From assembly GCA_000320545.1 (NCBI GenBank), contig ADNK01003076.1, positions 1 to 35,868 on the forward strand: 35,868 nucleotides of DNA, written 5' to 3'. Made by a program: the position numbers and the translations under genes. Shown here piece by piece: positions 12,221 through 23,363 of the stretch. The notes beneath the pieces are model-generated. The model was not told the origin of the DNA, did no database searches, and was given only the letters and a program-made list of their open reading frames with translations. Origin of the DNA: Bigelowiella natans CCMP2755 (Eukaryota > Protista > Cercozoa). Each line of letters starts with the position of its first letter. The first letter of the stretch is position 1.

Positions 12221-13649
12221 CGCAATGCAACATTCGCACAGCATCAGTTAACTTTGCGTTTTCCTCCATCTTGAGATCTGATGATGTTATGCTTGAGTGG
12301 CAACAATGATTGTTACTCAAATGACACGGTGAAGGTTCTGTTCGGCAGGCGATGTTGTTAGGATTTGAGTTCACGCCGCCCATTCTAGCATTGCGATGAC
12401 TTTGATACGCTGTGTGCGCAAACAACAGCATGCCACTTGTTGCGTGCAAGAGAGCAAGTGACCGAAGGGAACACCCTCTGAACTATGCGTAGTGGTCAAA
12501 ACAGTCGCACACCTGCGCTTGCTTGCACGTCGCATTCGATCACCATTGAATGCAACCATGCACCGTGGCGTGCGTTGTGTCCTCATCATCTGCGTGTGCA
12601 GGCATGCTGCACGCATGCCACGTCCAGACGTGCATGTTGCTCCGCTTGCACCGGCCTGTCTAGCTGTGCACGGCGTGTGCATGCGCGTGCCTGCCACAGT
12701 GTTGAAGTGAATCTGTCTGTGCAGATTGCACGACACACAAGTCCGACGTCTGCCACGATCTGGACGATGCACTTGGCTGTTTTTGTGTGTCACACGCAAT
12801 TGTTTTGAGCGAGCTCATGCGTGCAGCACCTAGCAATGCATGTTTGCATGCACGTGTGCAGGTGCCACAGTCCAGCAGTGCACCACGGTGCGTGACACAG
12901 TGCGCACAACATGGCATTCCGGGCATGGTCTGCTAGCCTGCTGTCATGACGCGAGCCGACTGCAGCCAGCGCGCTTCTTCACCCTGTCACATCCTGTGCA
13001 CATCCAAACATCACTTCGTCCAGACAATGCACGCAGGTGTCTCACACTGGCAGGCCTGTTCAACTGGCACACACGTCGCCACATCTTCATTCCTTTGTTG
13101 TGCGTTGTCGCGTCAGAATCGTCCATGCATGCACGGTGTGGTGTCAGTGTGCGCGCACACTCAAACGTGTCATCAATTTCGGTCATCGATGTTGCAACAA
13201 TGCAATGTGCGTGCGACGTTTTCGGTCACTCTCTTGCTGAGTGTTGCAAGACACTCACAGTGTGCGAAACGCAGCGCCTCGAACCAGCTTCAGTGGGGGC
13301 TGACCAGCTAGTGAACCAGCAGGGTTTTTTCAAACTGGCTGGTTGGCACGACCTGGCCATTCTGGCCATTGTGGAGTGATGCAACTGGCAGCAACGTGGC
13401 GGCGACGCAAGGCATCCACTTCTGAGCAGGAACTTCCTTGAGGCAGCTGCGTCCACAAGGTGATCCACGATCGGATCATCCGAGGGGGCACCCAGCAAAA
13501 CTTTGGTTTTGGTTGAGTCAGAAGCGTCAAAGAACGAAGAACAGGCAGGAGAAGCTGGGAAGCTGGGCCCAGAACTGCTCTCATGCTCGAGAACAGTTTG
13601 ATTCTCACAGCGTTCAAGGGAGCACAATGATGGATGAGGTGGTTGACAC

Positions 13650-14140
13650 TTTGAACGTTGAACACTGAACACTGCCAGACTGGAACACTGAAAAAAGCAT
13701 TGATCAAAACTGCATGTGCCAGAACCACGTGGGAACTTCAGCATTGCAAAGAAGACAGATCGAGGAAGAGGGGGGCAAATTGCAAAATCCAGCTTTGTGT
13801 TCTTCAGTTTCACGAGTCTCAGCACGAAACTGAAGTTCAAGTGGCACTCCTCTGGTCCTGAGTTGTCGTGCCGGTGTCGGGTTCAATGGACGAGCAAAAG
13901 CCACGACGCAAGTCACCATCAGTGGACAGAAGAGCCCTGTTGAACATTGAACATTGAAAAAAACATTGATCAAAACTGCACGCGCCAGAACCACGTGGGA
14001 GGAGACAGCACGCACTTGCACGCAGCAGAGCCTCAATGAACAACAATGAACAATGAACAATGAACAAAGCGTTGATCAAATCTGCATGCGCCAGAACCAC
14101 ACGGGAGACAGGCGTTTGCACGCAGCAGAGCCTCAACAAC
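13650..14140 (+). repeat. Three diverged copies of a unit ...TTGATCAAAACTGCAYGYGCCAGAACCAC...GGGA with adjoining GAACA(C/T/A)T heptamers
   Basis: Copies at ~13690-13734, ~13957-14000 and ~14064-14106. Copies 2 and 3 also share TTGCACGCAGCAGAGCCTCAA. Confidence 0.85.
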
Positions 14141-14681
14141 ACTCGTTGCAAGGACTTGTCAGCACCCTGCTGGTGATCAATGGCTCCAATTGCAACTGGG
14201 TCGCAGAAACACGTTGCAATTGCCACAACCAGGCCTGCAAATTGTGTGGCCGTCAATTGGTCCGTTGGAGTGGAGTCAATCAGCAAGAACAGCTGCCTCG
14301 AACTTGATTCTCAAAGGTGCCATTTCACGTGGCTTTCCCCAAAGCGCACATCGTTGCAATGCATCGATTTTTTCATGTCAGACGTTGCTTCTCCTTCCGA
14401 CTTTGCAAACGGTGAAGGTCAGTTTTTCCACCGGGATGCCACGCTGGCCGTGGGCAAGAGGAGGTGTGCAACACGTCCGGTGCATCCACTTGGGAATCTG
14501 TTCGAGAAGCAAGTTGCTCATTCTGATTGAGTCTTCATTGTCATGTGCGGTCCACACCTCCGCATTTTGTTTTGGACGTCACGGGGAAAGCTGGAAAGCT
14601 GCAAGGAGACGACTTGGATTGGACGTGGTTGAACCTGATCAACAACCTCGAAGTCGTTGGCGATGTGAAAAAAAACCATTG

Positions 14682-15155
14682 CGAACTTGATTCAGTTTGG
14701 TTTTGGTTTGATCTGAGCCCTCACCAAAGCTCAGATCAGACAGAGTGGAGTTTTCAGTCCACGCATTTCCCACTGCCGAAAGGAAGTGCGGAAAGTTTTT
14801 CGGGAGTGAAAACTGTTTGGGACGAATCCATTCGAGTCAGCAATTCAATCGATCAAAGGTTTCATCCAGGAAGAATCTTTGGGCACGTGTCACACTTCGA
14901 ACTTGATTCAATTTGGTTTCAGTTTGATCTGGGCTCTCCCCAAAGCTCGGACCAAACAGAGTGCAGTTTTCAGTCCACGCCTTTCCAGCTTTCCTTTGGA
15001 CTTTGTGCGATCGGCGGTTGTCATTGTTGAGTTTGTGACCGAAACACTGTGAACAACAGGAAGTGCGCAAAGTTTGTTCGGGAGTGAAAACTGCTTGGGA
15101 TGAATCCATTCAAGTCAGACATGCAGTCGAGCAAAGTCCTCATCCGGGAAGAACC
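14682..15155 (+). repeat. Diverged direct duplication (A-B / A'-spacer-B')
   Basis: CGAACTTGATTCA...TTTTCAGTCCACGC at ~14682-14770 and ~14898-14986. GGAAGTGCG...GGGAGTGAAAACTG...GAATCCATTC...CATCC.GGAAGAA at ~14782-14876 and ~15059-15153. Confidence 0.85.
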
Positions 15156-15870
15156 TGCAATGCAGATCCAAACATCCTTCGTTTGGCAACCAAGTCACCG
15201 GTGGCTGGGGCGACACGTCTGTCCATCCCACCGGTGAACTGGAATGTGGTTCAGGGATGGGAGGAAAAGCCACCCTCGTGACTCAAAACCCCCCCGCCCA
15301 TCACCGCATCGCGCGCCAACAGGGTGCAACTCGAGAGGGTCACTCGAGTTTTTTCCATTGCATGTGAGGTGTGCACCCCAACTCTTGAGGAGAAAGATTC
15401 AAGACGACAGCACACTGTTTTTTTCAAGACACGAATGTCACAACATTTTGTGAGAAATGTCGTTTTTCCATTGGGTTTTTCAGGCATGGTCCGACAAACA
15501 TCATGCCAACTGTTTCCAAAACGCAAACAAATTTCATGATGTGTTGCAGTTTGGGTCTGACAAGTGGCATTCGATGTCCCCCGTGATTCTCGGTGACAAC
15601 GGATTTTCGGAGTTGCTCATTTTCTCGGTGGGTACATCCACATTTTTCTTGCTTTCCTGATCTTCGTGATGCACCTTTTTTGCAATCCCCGTTTTTTTTT
15701 TTCCCACAAAAATGCACACATAGTGGCATGACACTGTGGCGGGAAACGCCCTGAAGTGTGACAAACGGTTAAGACCTACGGACACTACCGGATAGTGACA
15801 AAAAACCCGGTATTTTTTAAAAGCCTGCACTTCGCCAGCGAAATGAGCGCAGAACTTCGCTCTTTGTTCT

Positions 15871-15921
15871 TGATTTCAGGATTTCACTCGTATTTAACAA
15901 AACCATGAAATCCTGAAATCA
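15871..15921. repeat. Perfect 16-bp inverted repeat with 19-nt spacer
   Basis: TGATTTCAGGATTTCA (15871-15886) and its reverse complement TGAAATCCTGAAATCA (15906-15921). Confidence 0.9.
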
Positions 15922-16103
15922 CCGGCTTTTTTCCGTAGATTGGGGGAGGGAATGCGAGATTAAGTCTTACGAACGGGATCGAGTGCGCATGCCGCTGATT
16001 TTGCGCGGATTTCTAAGTCTGCACTCGTTTTCGTGATTCTCCGCGCGCAATTTGGCCCATCGGCAGTTGTTCGCAGCATACCCTCTGAAGAGCATCCGGA
16101 TTG

Positions 16104-17432
16104 ATGCAGGTGGGGGAGAGACCGTCCCTCGCTTCCCTCACTGAGACCAAGGGCGAGAGCACGGAGCCTGCCTCCCGCCCATACACGCTGCCGGCTGTGC
16201 ACAAGCAGCCTCCGGGGGAAGAAAATGGAACAGCCGGTGCGGAGGCAGGCTCCGTGAGCCGTAAGAGGCCGAGAAACAACAGGGATCAATGCTCAAGGGA
16301 AAACGCAGAAAAGGTTGACTCTGCTCCAAGGGAGGATGTAGAGGATTCGCATACTAGCCGTTTCCGTTCTGAGCGAAGGGAGGACGCAGAGAATTTAGAG
16401 GCAAGCCGGGCTAGTTCTTCTACACGCGACATAGACACGAAAATGGAGGATATGATGGGGAAAATAACTGTCTTCATCCAAGAACTGCGAAAGGAAGTGG
16501 AGGGTCTGAGGAACATGGTATTCCTTCCTACCCCTCCCCTCCTTATATCCATATGTTCTTAGTACCAATTTGAATGGACCTTGGATAATATTCAGAATAC
16601 CGCAATACTCTCAACCCTGAAGACCAGGGGGGAAGGTTTGCTTTTGTGCATAAAGAACAAGTTCCTTTATCGTTTTCGTTGGTAGTTTAGTATTCCTATG
16701 TGCTGAAATATGTTTTACTTTGTTGCATCCACTATTTTTTGAAATATTTTGCTGATAAGAATCGAGGATGAATAACGCGATGGATGAAATGTACAAAATC
16801 GGGAAGTTCCATATTTATAAGTTGAAAAGGTGTTTAAGATTGGGTGGGTGGATCGGTCACATTCATGCTGATGTTGTACAATCGCTCATTCTATATCTTT
16901 GACCTGTCTCATGATTGTCAGCATCGTTGTCGTTGCCATTAAAAAAGCAACAATGTGAGGAGCTGACCCTTAATTTCAACTGTCATGTTCACACAACCCC
17001 CATTGCGACTGTCCGTGCCGATAAAAGAGGATCAGTTTCCGTGCGAGAAGCGCCGCACACAAATTCGCCTACTCTGCACGTCATGGAGAACAACGGAATG
17101 GTAATAGAATGATAATGCTTTTGTCAAATGCTGCATACATGAAGCTTTTAATCGAAGCTATATACATCATTTGGAAAACGAATCTCGATCATGTAGGTGG
17201 GTATTCTTAGTGCCATCATCCATATTGTTTATAGACATTTCGGGTCATCAGCTATGCTTTGGGAAGCGACAACAATATACACCTACGAGTTCTCAATGAC
17301 GGGTCAGGAGAGAAAAATAAAGGGGGGAGGGGGTGGTGATAAGGATAGAGACGTGCATGAAAAGTGGAGGGAATGGATGTAAAACATAACTACTCTGAAA
17401 GCTTCGGTAACGCTTATAGTTATTGCTAATTT

Positions 17433-17474
<42 letters not shown>

Positions 17475-18185
17475 TCTCTCTCTCGCTTTCTCTCTTTCCT
17501 TCTGACTCTCTCTCACTAATTATTTTTCTTTCTTCTTTTCTTACCCTCTCTATCGCTGTTGTTGCCACATTACGGATTAGATGGATAAACTACTATCGAT
17601 TTGATGATGATCCTAAGATAACATACCGAGGGGTAAGTTATTATGAGTAGCCAGCCTTCGAAGCGCCGTACTCGGCATCTTAATAAAACGTGCCTTGTAG
17701 GAAACGGTGGAGAGAATAATACCTGTAGAATGGGGCATGAACTATCCATTTGAGGCGATAGTGATTAAAAACTTTAAGGATGAAAAAAGGGTAATGAGCA
17801 CCTTGTAAATTTGAATAGTACACACGTTTCATGAAGCCGCGATGTACATTCACTTTCAGGGCCCAAATATTCTAAACGCGAAGGCCGGAGAATTAGTCCA
17901 AGTTCGAAAGGTCTTTCTTTGATCTGAAAGGATTCTCAGCAAGCCGCCACGCGCATAGAGTGTCTACGCGTTCTGTCATAATGCAGGTGGTACTGTTTTG
18001 TTTGTTCTCGCTACAGATGTCCAGGCTAGAATGGTGTCTATCGATAAATCATCGAGGGCAGCAAGGTATGTTTAATAAATAATAGATGTTGTATCATTTA
18101 ACTAAATGTAACTTCTGTAGGATGGTTCCCTAGGCATTACTTGCAACGCATTGGAATCCTTCCAAACCCAATTCGATTCCGGTGA
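16104..18185 (+). CDS. Protein with disordered/coiled-coil N-terminus and a C-terminal SH3 domain; multi-exon
   Basis: Exons 17701-17790, 17860-17910, 18017-18065 and 18121-18185 splice in phase to YPFEAIVIKNFKDEKRGPNILNAKAGELVQVRKMSRLEWCLSINHRGQQGWFPRHYLQRI, with the SH3 W...GWFPxxY signature. The first exon is ORF 16101-16562 (ATG 16104). Middle exons are less certain. Confidence 0.75.
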
Positions 18186-18669
18186 TATCTTCCAACACTA
18201 CTGTTGTACGATGAAGATTACAATAGACATACGTATATATAATATATATAATATATATACTTTGTCTATAGTGATTCGCAGACATGGGCATGATCGCAAG
18301 CATATTCGCATGCACTGATCGATCAACAATGTGCATTCTAGTATTACCTACCTGAAATAATTGTCACCATGCATGTCTTGAGCATGTAGCGCACAAGAAT
18401 CTACAACCAAATTAACACTGAGCAAAACAGAGAAGCTCGCGCATCCGTCCAAGCCGTGTCTTAAAACGGTGCTGTGCCAAGCTGGTTGGACAGTGCGACC
18501 TACGCAATCATCTGGCGGGTGCTTCGCGCAAACAAATGAGAGCACCGAAACACTTAGACACGCTAGCACGCCCCAGCATGTCGCAATCTACTAGTCCCAC
18601 ACGAAATCACGTGTTTTTGCCCATGCACATGCACAGCTGCCCAGTTGTTCATGTTGACAAAATGATTGA

Positions 18670-18752
18670 CACCCATCAGAAAGCTCTCACCGAGAGCTTT
18701 CAGAATCTGCAATGAAAGAACTGAAATTGGATCAAAACTTTTTGAGTTGACG
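18670..18752. mobile_element. Fossil non-autonomous DNA-element-like motif with a 10-bp palindrome
   Basis: GAAAGCTCTC (18679-18688) + ACC + GAGAGCTTTC (18692-18701), followed by AAATTGGATCAAAACTTTTTGAGTT. I recognise this layout from MITE-like repeats from memory; no family assigned. Confidence 0.4.
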
Positions 18753-19355
18753 TTAGGACACGTTTTCGATTCGGATGCCGGAAAAGATAGACCGGGTTTT
18801 GACCAGGCACGTGTGCCATGCTAGCATGGCGACATGGCGACAGCACCACCACCTACCACAATGTTTTTTTTTTGGCTGTTGTGCAGTCAGTGCGCAATAA
18901 GCTGCTTGCATGTGCTCACATGTGTCAATTGTTGTCGCCTCGCTCTGCCAAAAACTGGAGGGGAAATCCGGGAAAAATCGCGAGAATGTGCCACGGCGAT
19001 ATTCACGCATGCTAGCATGCTTCACACCGCATCTAATGTTGAACACATAGAGCTTAACACGTGCTGACAAATCGCTACGTCATCTCCACATGCGTATATG
19101 CAAGAGGCTACATTCTCTTGAACATCCAAGTAATTACAAAGAAATATTATTACGTAGCTAGGAATTGTGCCTCCTTTTTCCATCTTCATGGCTGTTTCAA
19201 TGAATCAATTGTTCTATTTCGTGTCCCTCATTGCGGCTAAGTACAAGGCATGTCTTCACAAAGCTATGTTTGATTCCCAGCACCGCATTGTCATGACTTT
19301 GCGGAATATTGGTACTTGCAATGTTGACGACATTCTATGGAAGCTACTCCCGCCA

Positions 19356-19503
19356 TCATCTGGATGCAGAAGGGCTTTCCCAAAACTGCAATACCTGATC
19401 CACCGTTTCCGCAGCCTTCACAGTTTGGAAATTTATCTTTTCCTCGCCGGCATTGAGATACCTGAAGGGAACGACAACATAGATTGCTTACAGGTTTGCA
19501 CTT

Positions 19504-19537
<34 letters not shown>

Positions 19538-19779
19538 GCATATATATATTTGTGTGTATGTATGTGTGTCAGAAAGTAACAGTGCTACAAATGGAAGGAA
19601 ATCTATCGATGAGGCGAGCACCCATATGCAGCCGGTGCTAAGCGTGAATTGTAGCGAGAATACATAGAGTAAGTATAGGCCCCCTGAACAACAGCAGATA
19701 CAAGTCAAAAGCACCTCGTATTGATTGATAACAACGGGGAGGGAGGGACGATGATTCACAGTTGTTTCTTATCGCCTAC

Positions 19780-19833
<54 letters not shown>

Positions 19834-21146
19834 GTATAAAAGCAAACCAATAACTGTAATAAATAACAAACTTCCATATTTCCGTCTGCTTAGAACGGAG
19901 AGGTGGAAGATGGAAACATGGAACTAATCTAGCTATCGGGAAGATATTCGAGGCATGGTATCTTCGGAGATATGCCATCGACGAATTCCGACCCAATCAC
20001 CCAATTACAAGTGATTGGGCCGAACGCCTGGCGCACAGCGGCGTCCAAAACTTGTTCGATTCATTTTTCTGGCTTTCGCCTTGCATTCGTGGTGGACGGA
20101 GGGAGTCTAGATGTCTGTGGGTTTTCACCAACCGTGTCATGCACAACAACTATATCTCCTTCCTCGATTCTGGGCAGCGGGCGAGCTACAGCGACCATGT
20201 CGCCAGAGAAGCACAAAGGTCCCTGAACGAATGATTGCGATTGTTCCAAACTCAGTTCACTTTTTCATGCTACAAAACATTATTCTCTGGCGAAGAAGCG
20301 GATCTCGAAATCTGTCGGCGCTACGCATTCCAGCCGGAAGATTGGCTTTTATTTATCCTGTAGGCTACATAACATGGAGATTCCGAACAAAATGCGTGCG
20401 TGCGTGCATCCCCGGAAAGAACTCTATTCTCCTCCTCCGCCTCCTCGCCTATTCGTCTCCCAGCATCTTACTACCGCGACATCCTGAGGGAGAAGCTCTT
20501 CCTCCGCTACGTCTTTAGGCTCGCCGTCGTGTGTGAAAACAGAGATCTGAATATGCACGACAAATATGTTAAACCGGCTCCTCGAGCAGTATTAAATCGA
20601 TACAAACACTCATCCCCTTTGCAAGAAGCCGCCTAACCGACTGCCCTCCCCCACCCCCCCCTCACTTTCCCTGCATGGACGTACGCGATGCGGCCAGTTT
20701 TGAGGCTGGTATGCTGTTCTAACGAATAGATCTGCACCGACGTGTCCTACGATGGGGTTGGTTAAAGGATCGATATGAATCATAAATTGATTCTACCGAG
20801 TGCGGCAATACCCCCCTCCAACCCCCCCCCCCCCGTCCTAATTTCGACTTTGAAATCATATTCGTCTTTCATCGGCCTCTCGTGCACCATGCGTGTACCG
20901 ATGGCGATACGACGGCCTCCTGACTCCTGCTCGCGGACGGAGAATATCATCGCGACAACAACCAAAAATCAAGCTCAGGTTGGCTATTGGCGGATGGGTC
21001 GCAACGAATTCGCCGCGAATGGATGGGGGGTGAGCAGGAGGGGGAGAGCACAGGTCAATTGACACGCATGCAGCAATTAATTGAGATGAATGGCGACTCG
21101 TGCAGGAACATGTATGAATATTATATATGTATATAAGTATAAATAA

Positions 21147-21177
<31 letters not shown>

Positions 21178-21348
21178 GCATATCCAGGATACTGTATTAG
21201 CAAACCGCACCTTGACAGCTTCCACCCTGGTTGCCGTCCAACCCATCTTCGCTGTCAGACTGACGAATGGAATGAACAAGATATTAACACGATAACAAAA
21301 TGGCAGGGCATTGGTGGACACGCGAATATGCACACTCTCACATAGTTC

Positions 21349-21389
<41 letters not shown>

Positions 21390-21935
21390 CATTGTGTGTG
21401 TGTGTGTGCGTTTGTACCTTCTCCCCATCTCTGTGTAAACACGAAATCCTTGCTCCCCTTTATTGCAAGAACACAAAATGCCAAAAAAGACAGCACTCGT
21501 CAAGATGAGAAATCAGCATGGTGAATACCGTCCACAAAAAAAAGGGGGGGGGGGGGGGGGTAAGATGCAAAAATGACTTGAGATCTGATCGGCGTGCTCA
21601 GAGAAAAGAAACAAATGGCCGTCAAAAGGGCGATGGGGCATGATAGACGAAGAAAGAATACCGAAAAAAGAATTCAAAAATAACATCAATATGAAATGCT
21701 TTGACCACCATCATGTCGGTTTCATGTGCGTCGTTGTCTTACGAAGCATAGATTCTCTCTCTTCCTCCTCCTACATGATTTGATTTGGTGAATTTGACTT
21801 ACACAGTCCAGAAGCGTGTGTGTCAATAAGATCTCGGTACTCTTGAAACTCCTAATCAGATAGAAAATGGAAATCATCTTTTCTTTTCTTCTATTTCTAT
21901 TCAACTCCCCCCCCCCCTCCCACCTCCACACAACT

Positions 21936-21984
<49 letters not shown>

Positions 21985-23033
21985 CCCCCCACCGCCCACT
22001 ATCTTGTCCTTTGAAAGAATGATGCAATCTACTACTACCCTTGAGTCGGCGTCGCTATCGTAGTCTGCAGGCACCCCCCCCCCATGTCAAAATGCTGGAT
22101 CTGCCAAACGAACGTCACACACAGCAAAAACGACGACGCAAGATCGAGACCATTGGCCATTACATCTTCCAAGAACACCCCTCCTTACCCCCCTTCCATT
22201 CTTATTTCCCACAAGAACAACTCGCAAAACACACGTGATAGATGGCACAGCAGCAGCAGCAGCAGCAGCATATGGCAGTGCAAAATCGGGGACCTGTTGC
22301 GTGCCTGCCCTTTTATTCACTTCGATTGCCATTCTCAGAGCCTCGGCTACGCCTATGAAGCATTAGAGGAAAAGGGGGAGAAAGGGGAGGAGGAGGAGAG
22401 CTGAAGGGGGGAAAGGCACATGGTAAAAAGTCTATACGCTTAAATTCTGAGCGCGATGTATCTGCAATTACACAATCACCTTGCGCTGATAGCTCCAAAG
22501 GACACCCCTAGTCAAGAGTTGCAGGATGAACGGATAGCGGGGGGGGGGGGGGGGGGAGGGGGGTTTGAGAATGCTGTATAAGGCTAAGGGGCACCAGAAC
22601 TTGCATAGAGGAGTTGAAAGTCAGAGAATCAATCCCATTTTGGGGGGGGGGAAGCGAATGGGGGGCAGGGAGGGGCCGGGATCGTGCGTGGTTATAAAAG
22701 CAGTAAGAGCCTCTGCTAGCAGCAGCAGCGGCATGTACGTCTGTCCTCTCCACGGATTCACCTGCGATCCAGTGTGCACGTGAATTGCATTGAGCCACCG
22801 GTTCTGCAGGTATAGCTCGATGGGGTCCACATCCCCTTCCCTACGTGCAATCGATCGTGCGGTGATGACGTCATCGTGTAGGCGTGTAATGGTGGTCGCC
22901 TTCGTCATCAAAAAACACATCGACGCACGCGCTCGTGGTCTCCTCGCCAGGGAGAAGAAGAGGAGTGAGGGGTACTTCGGAAACCCCCAAACCGCACTTC
23001 TGGCAAAGCGCCAGGCAATAACCGCAAAATATG

Positions 23034-23065
<32 letters not shown>

Positions 23066-23332
23066 GTTACTACTACTACGGTGCGGCTGTGATCGATAGT
23101 CACCTACCTCGTGGCGAAACCGAACTTTGATGTCTTTGTCGCGGTGCTTGTCGCTGCGATCGTCCCCGGCCCCATCTATGCAGCAAGCAACGTGGGGGGG
23201 GAGAAAGAAAAAGAAGAGAAAGACAGAGAGCAAAGGAGAAAGAGAGAGAGAGAGAAAAAAAAAAAGTGAAAGAGAGAAAGAGAAAGAGGAAGAGAAAGAG
23301 AGAGAGAAAGAAAGTAAAAGAGAGAAAGAGAA

Positions 23333-23363
<31 letters not shown>

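Larger units (their letters stand above)
12230..15830. mobile_element. Degenerate repeat/transposon-like intergenic island with extreme TpA depletion and internal direct repeats
   Basis: No TpA in 13310-15633. ORF-track translations from the core lack Tyr. Two internal repeat families are present. No transposase or RT motif is recognisable, so TE identity is inference. Confidence 0.45.

Noticed and set aside
13650-14140. CRISPR-like repeat-spacer array
   Set aside because: Only three diverged, irregularly spaced copies, eukaryotic context and no cas genes.
13310-15633. Classical RIP or CpG-methylation decay as the explanation
   Set aside because: RIP increases TpA and 5mC decay depletes CpG. 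Here TpA is absent and CpG is still plentiful.
12371-15729. Many 70-200 aa ORFs as real genes
   Set aside because: Explained by absence of TAA/TAG; Cys/His-rich, Tyr-free and with no recognisable domain.
15780-15827. Possible transposon terminal inverted repeat (reverse complement CAGGCTTTTAAAAAATACCGGG)
   Set aside because: No matching partner end or target-site duplication found by eye; a partner could be obscured by mutation.
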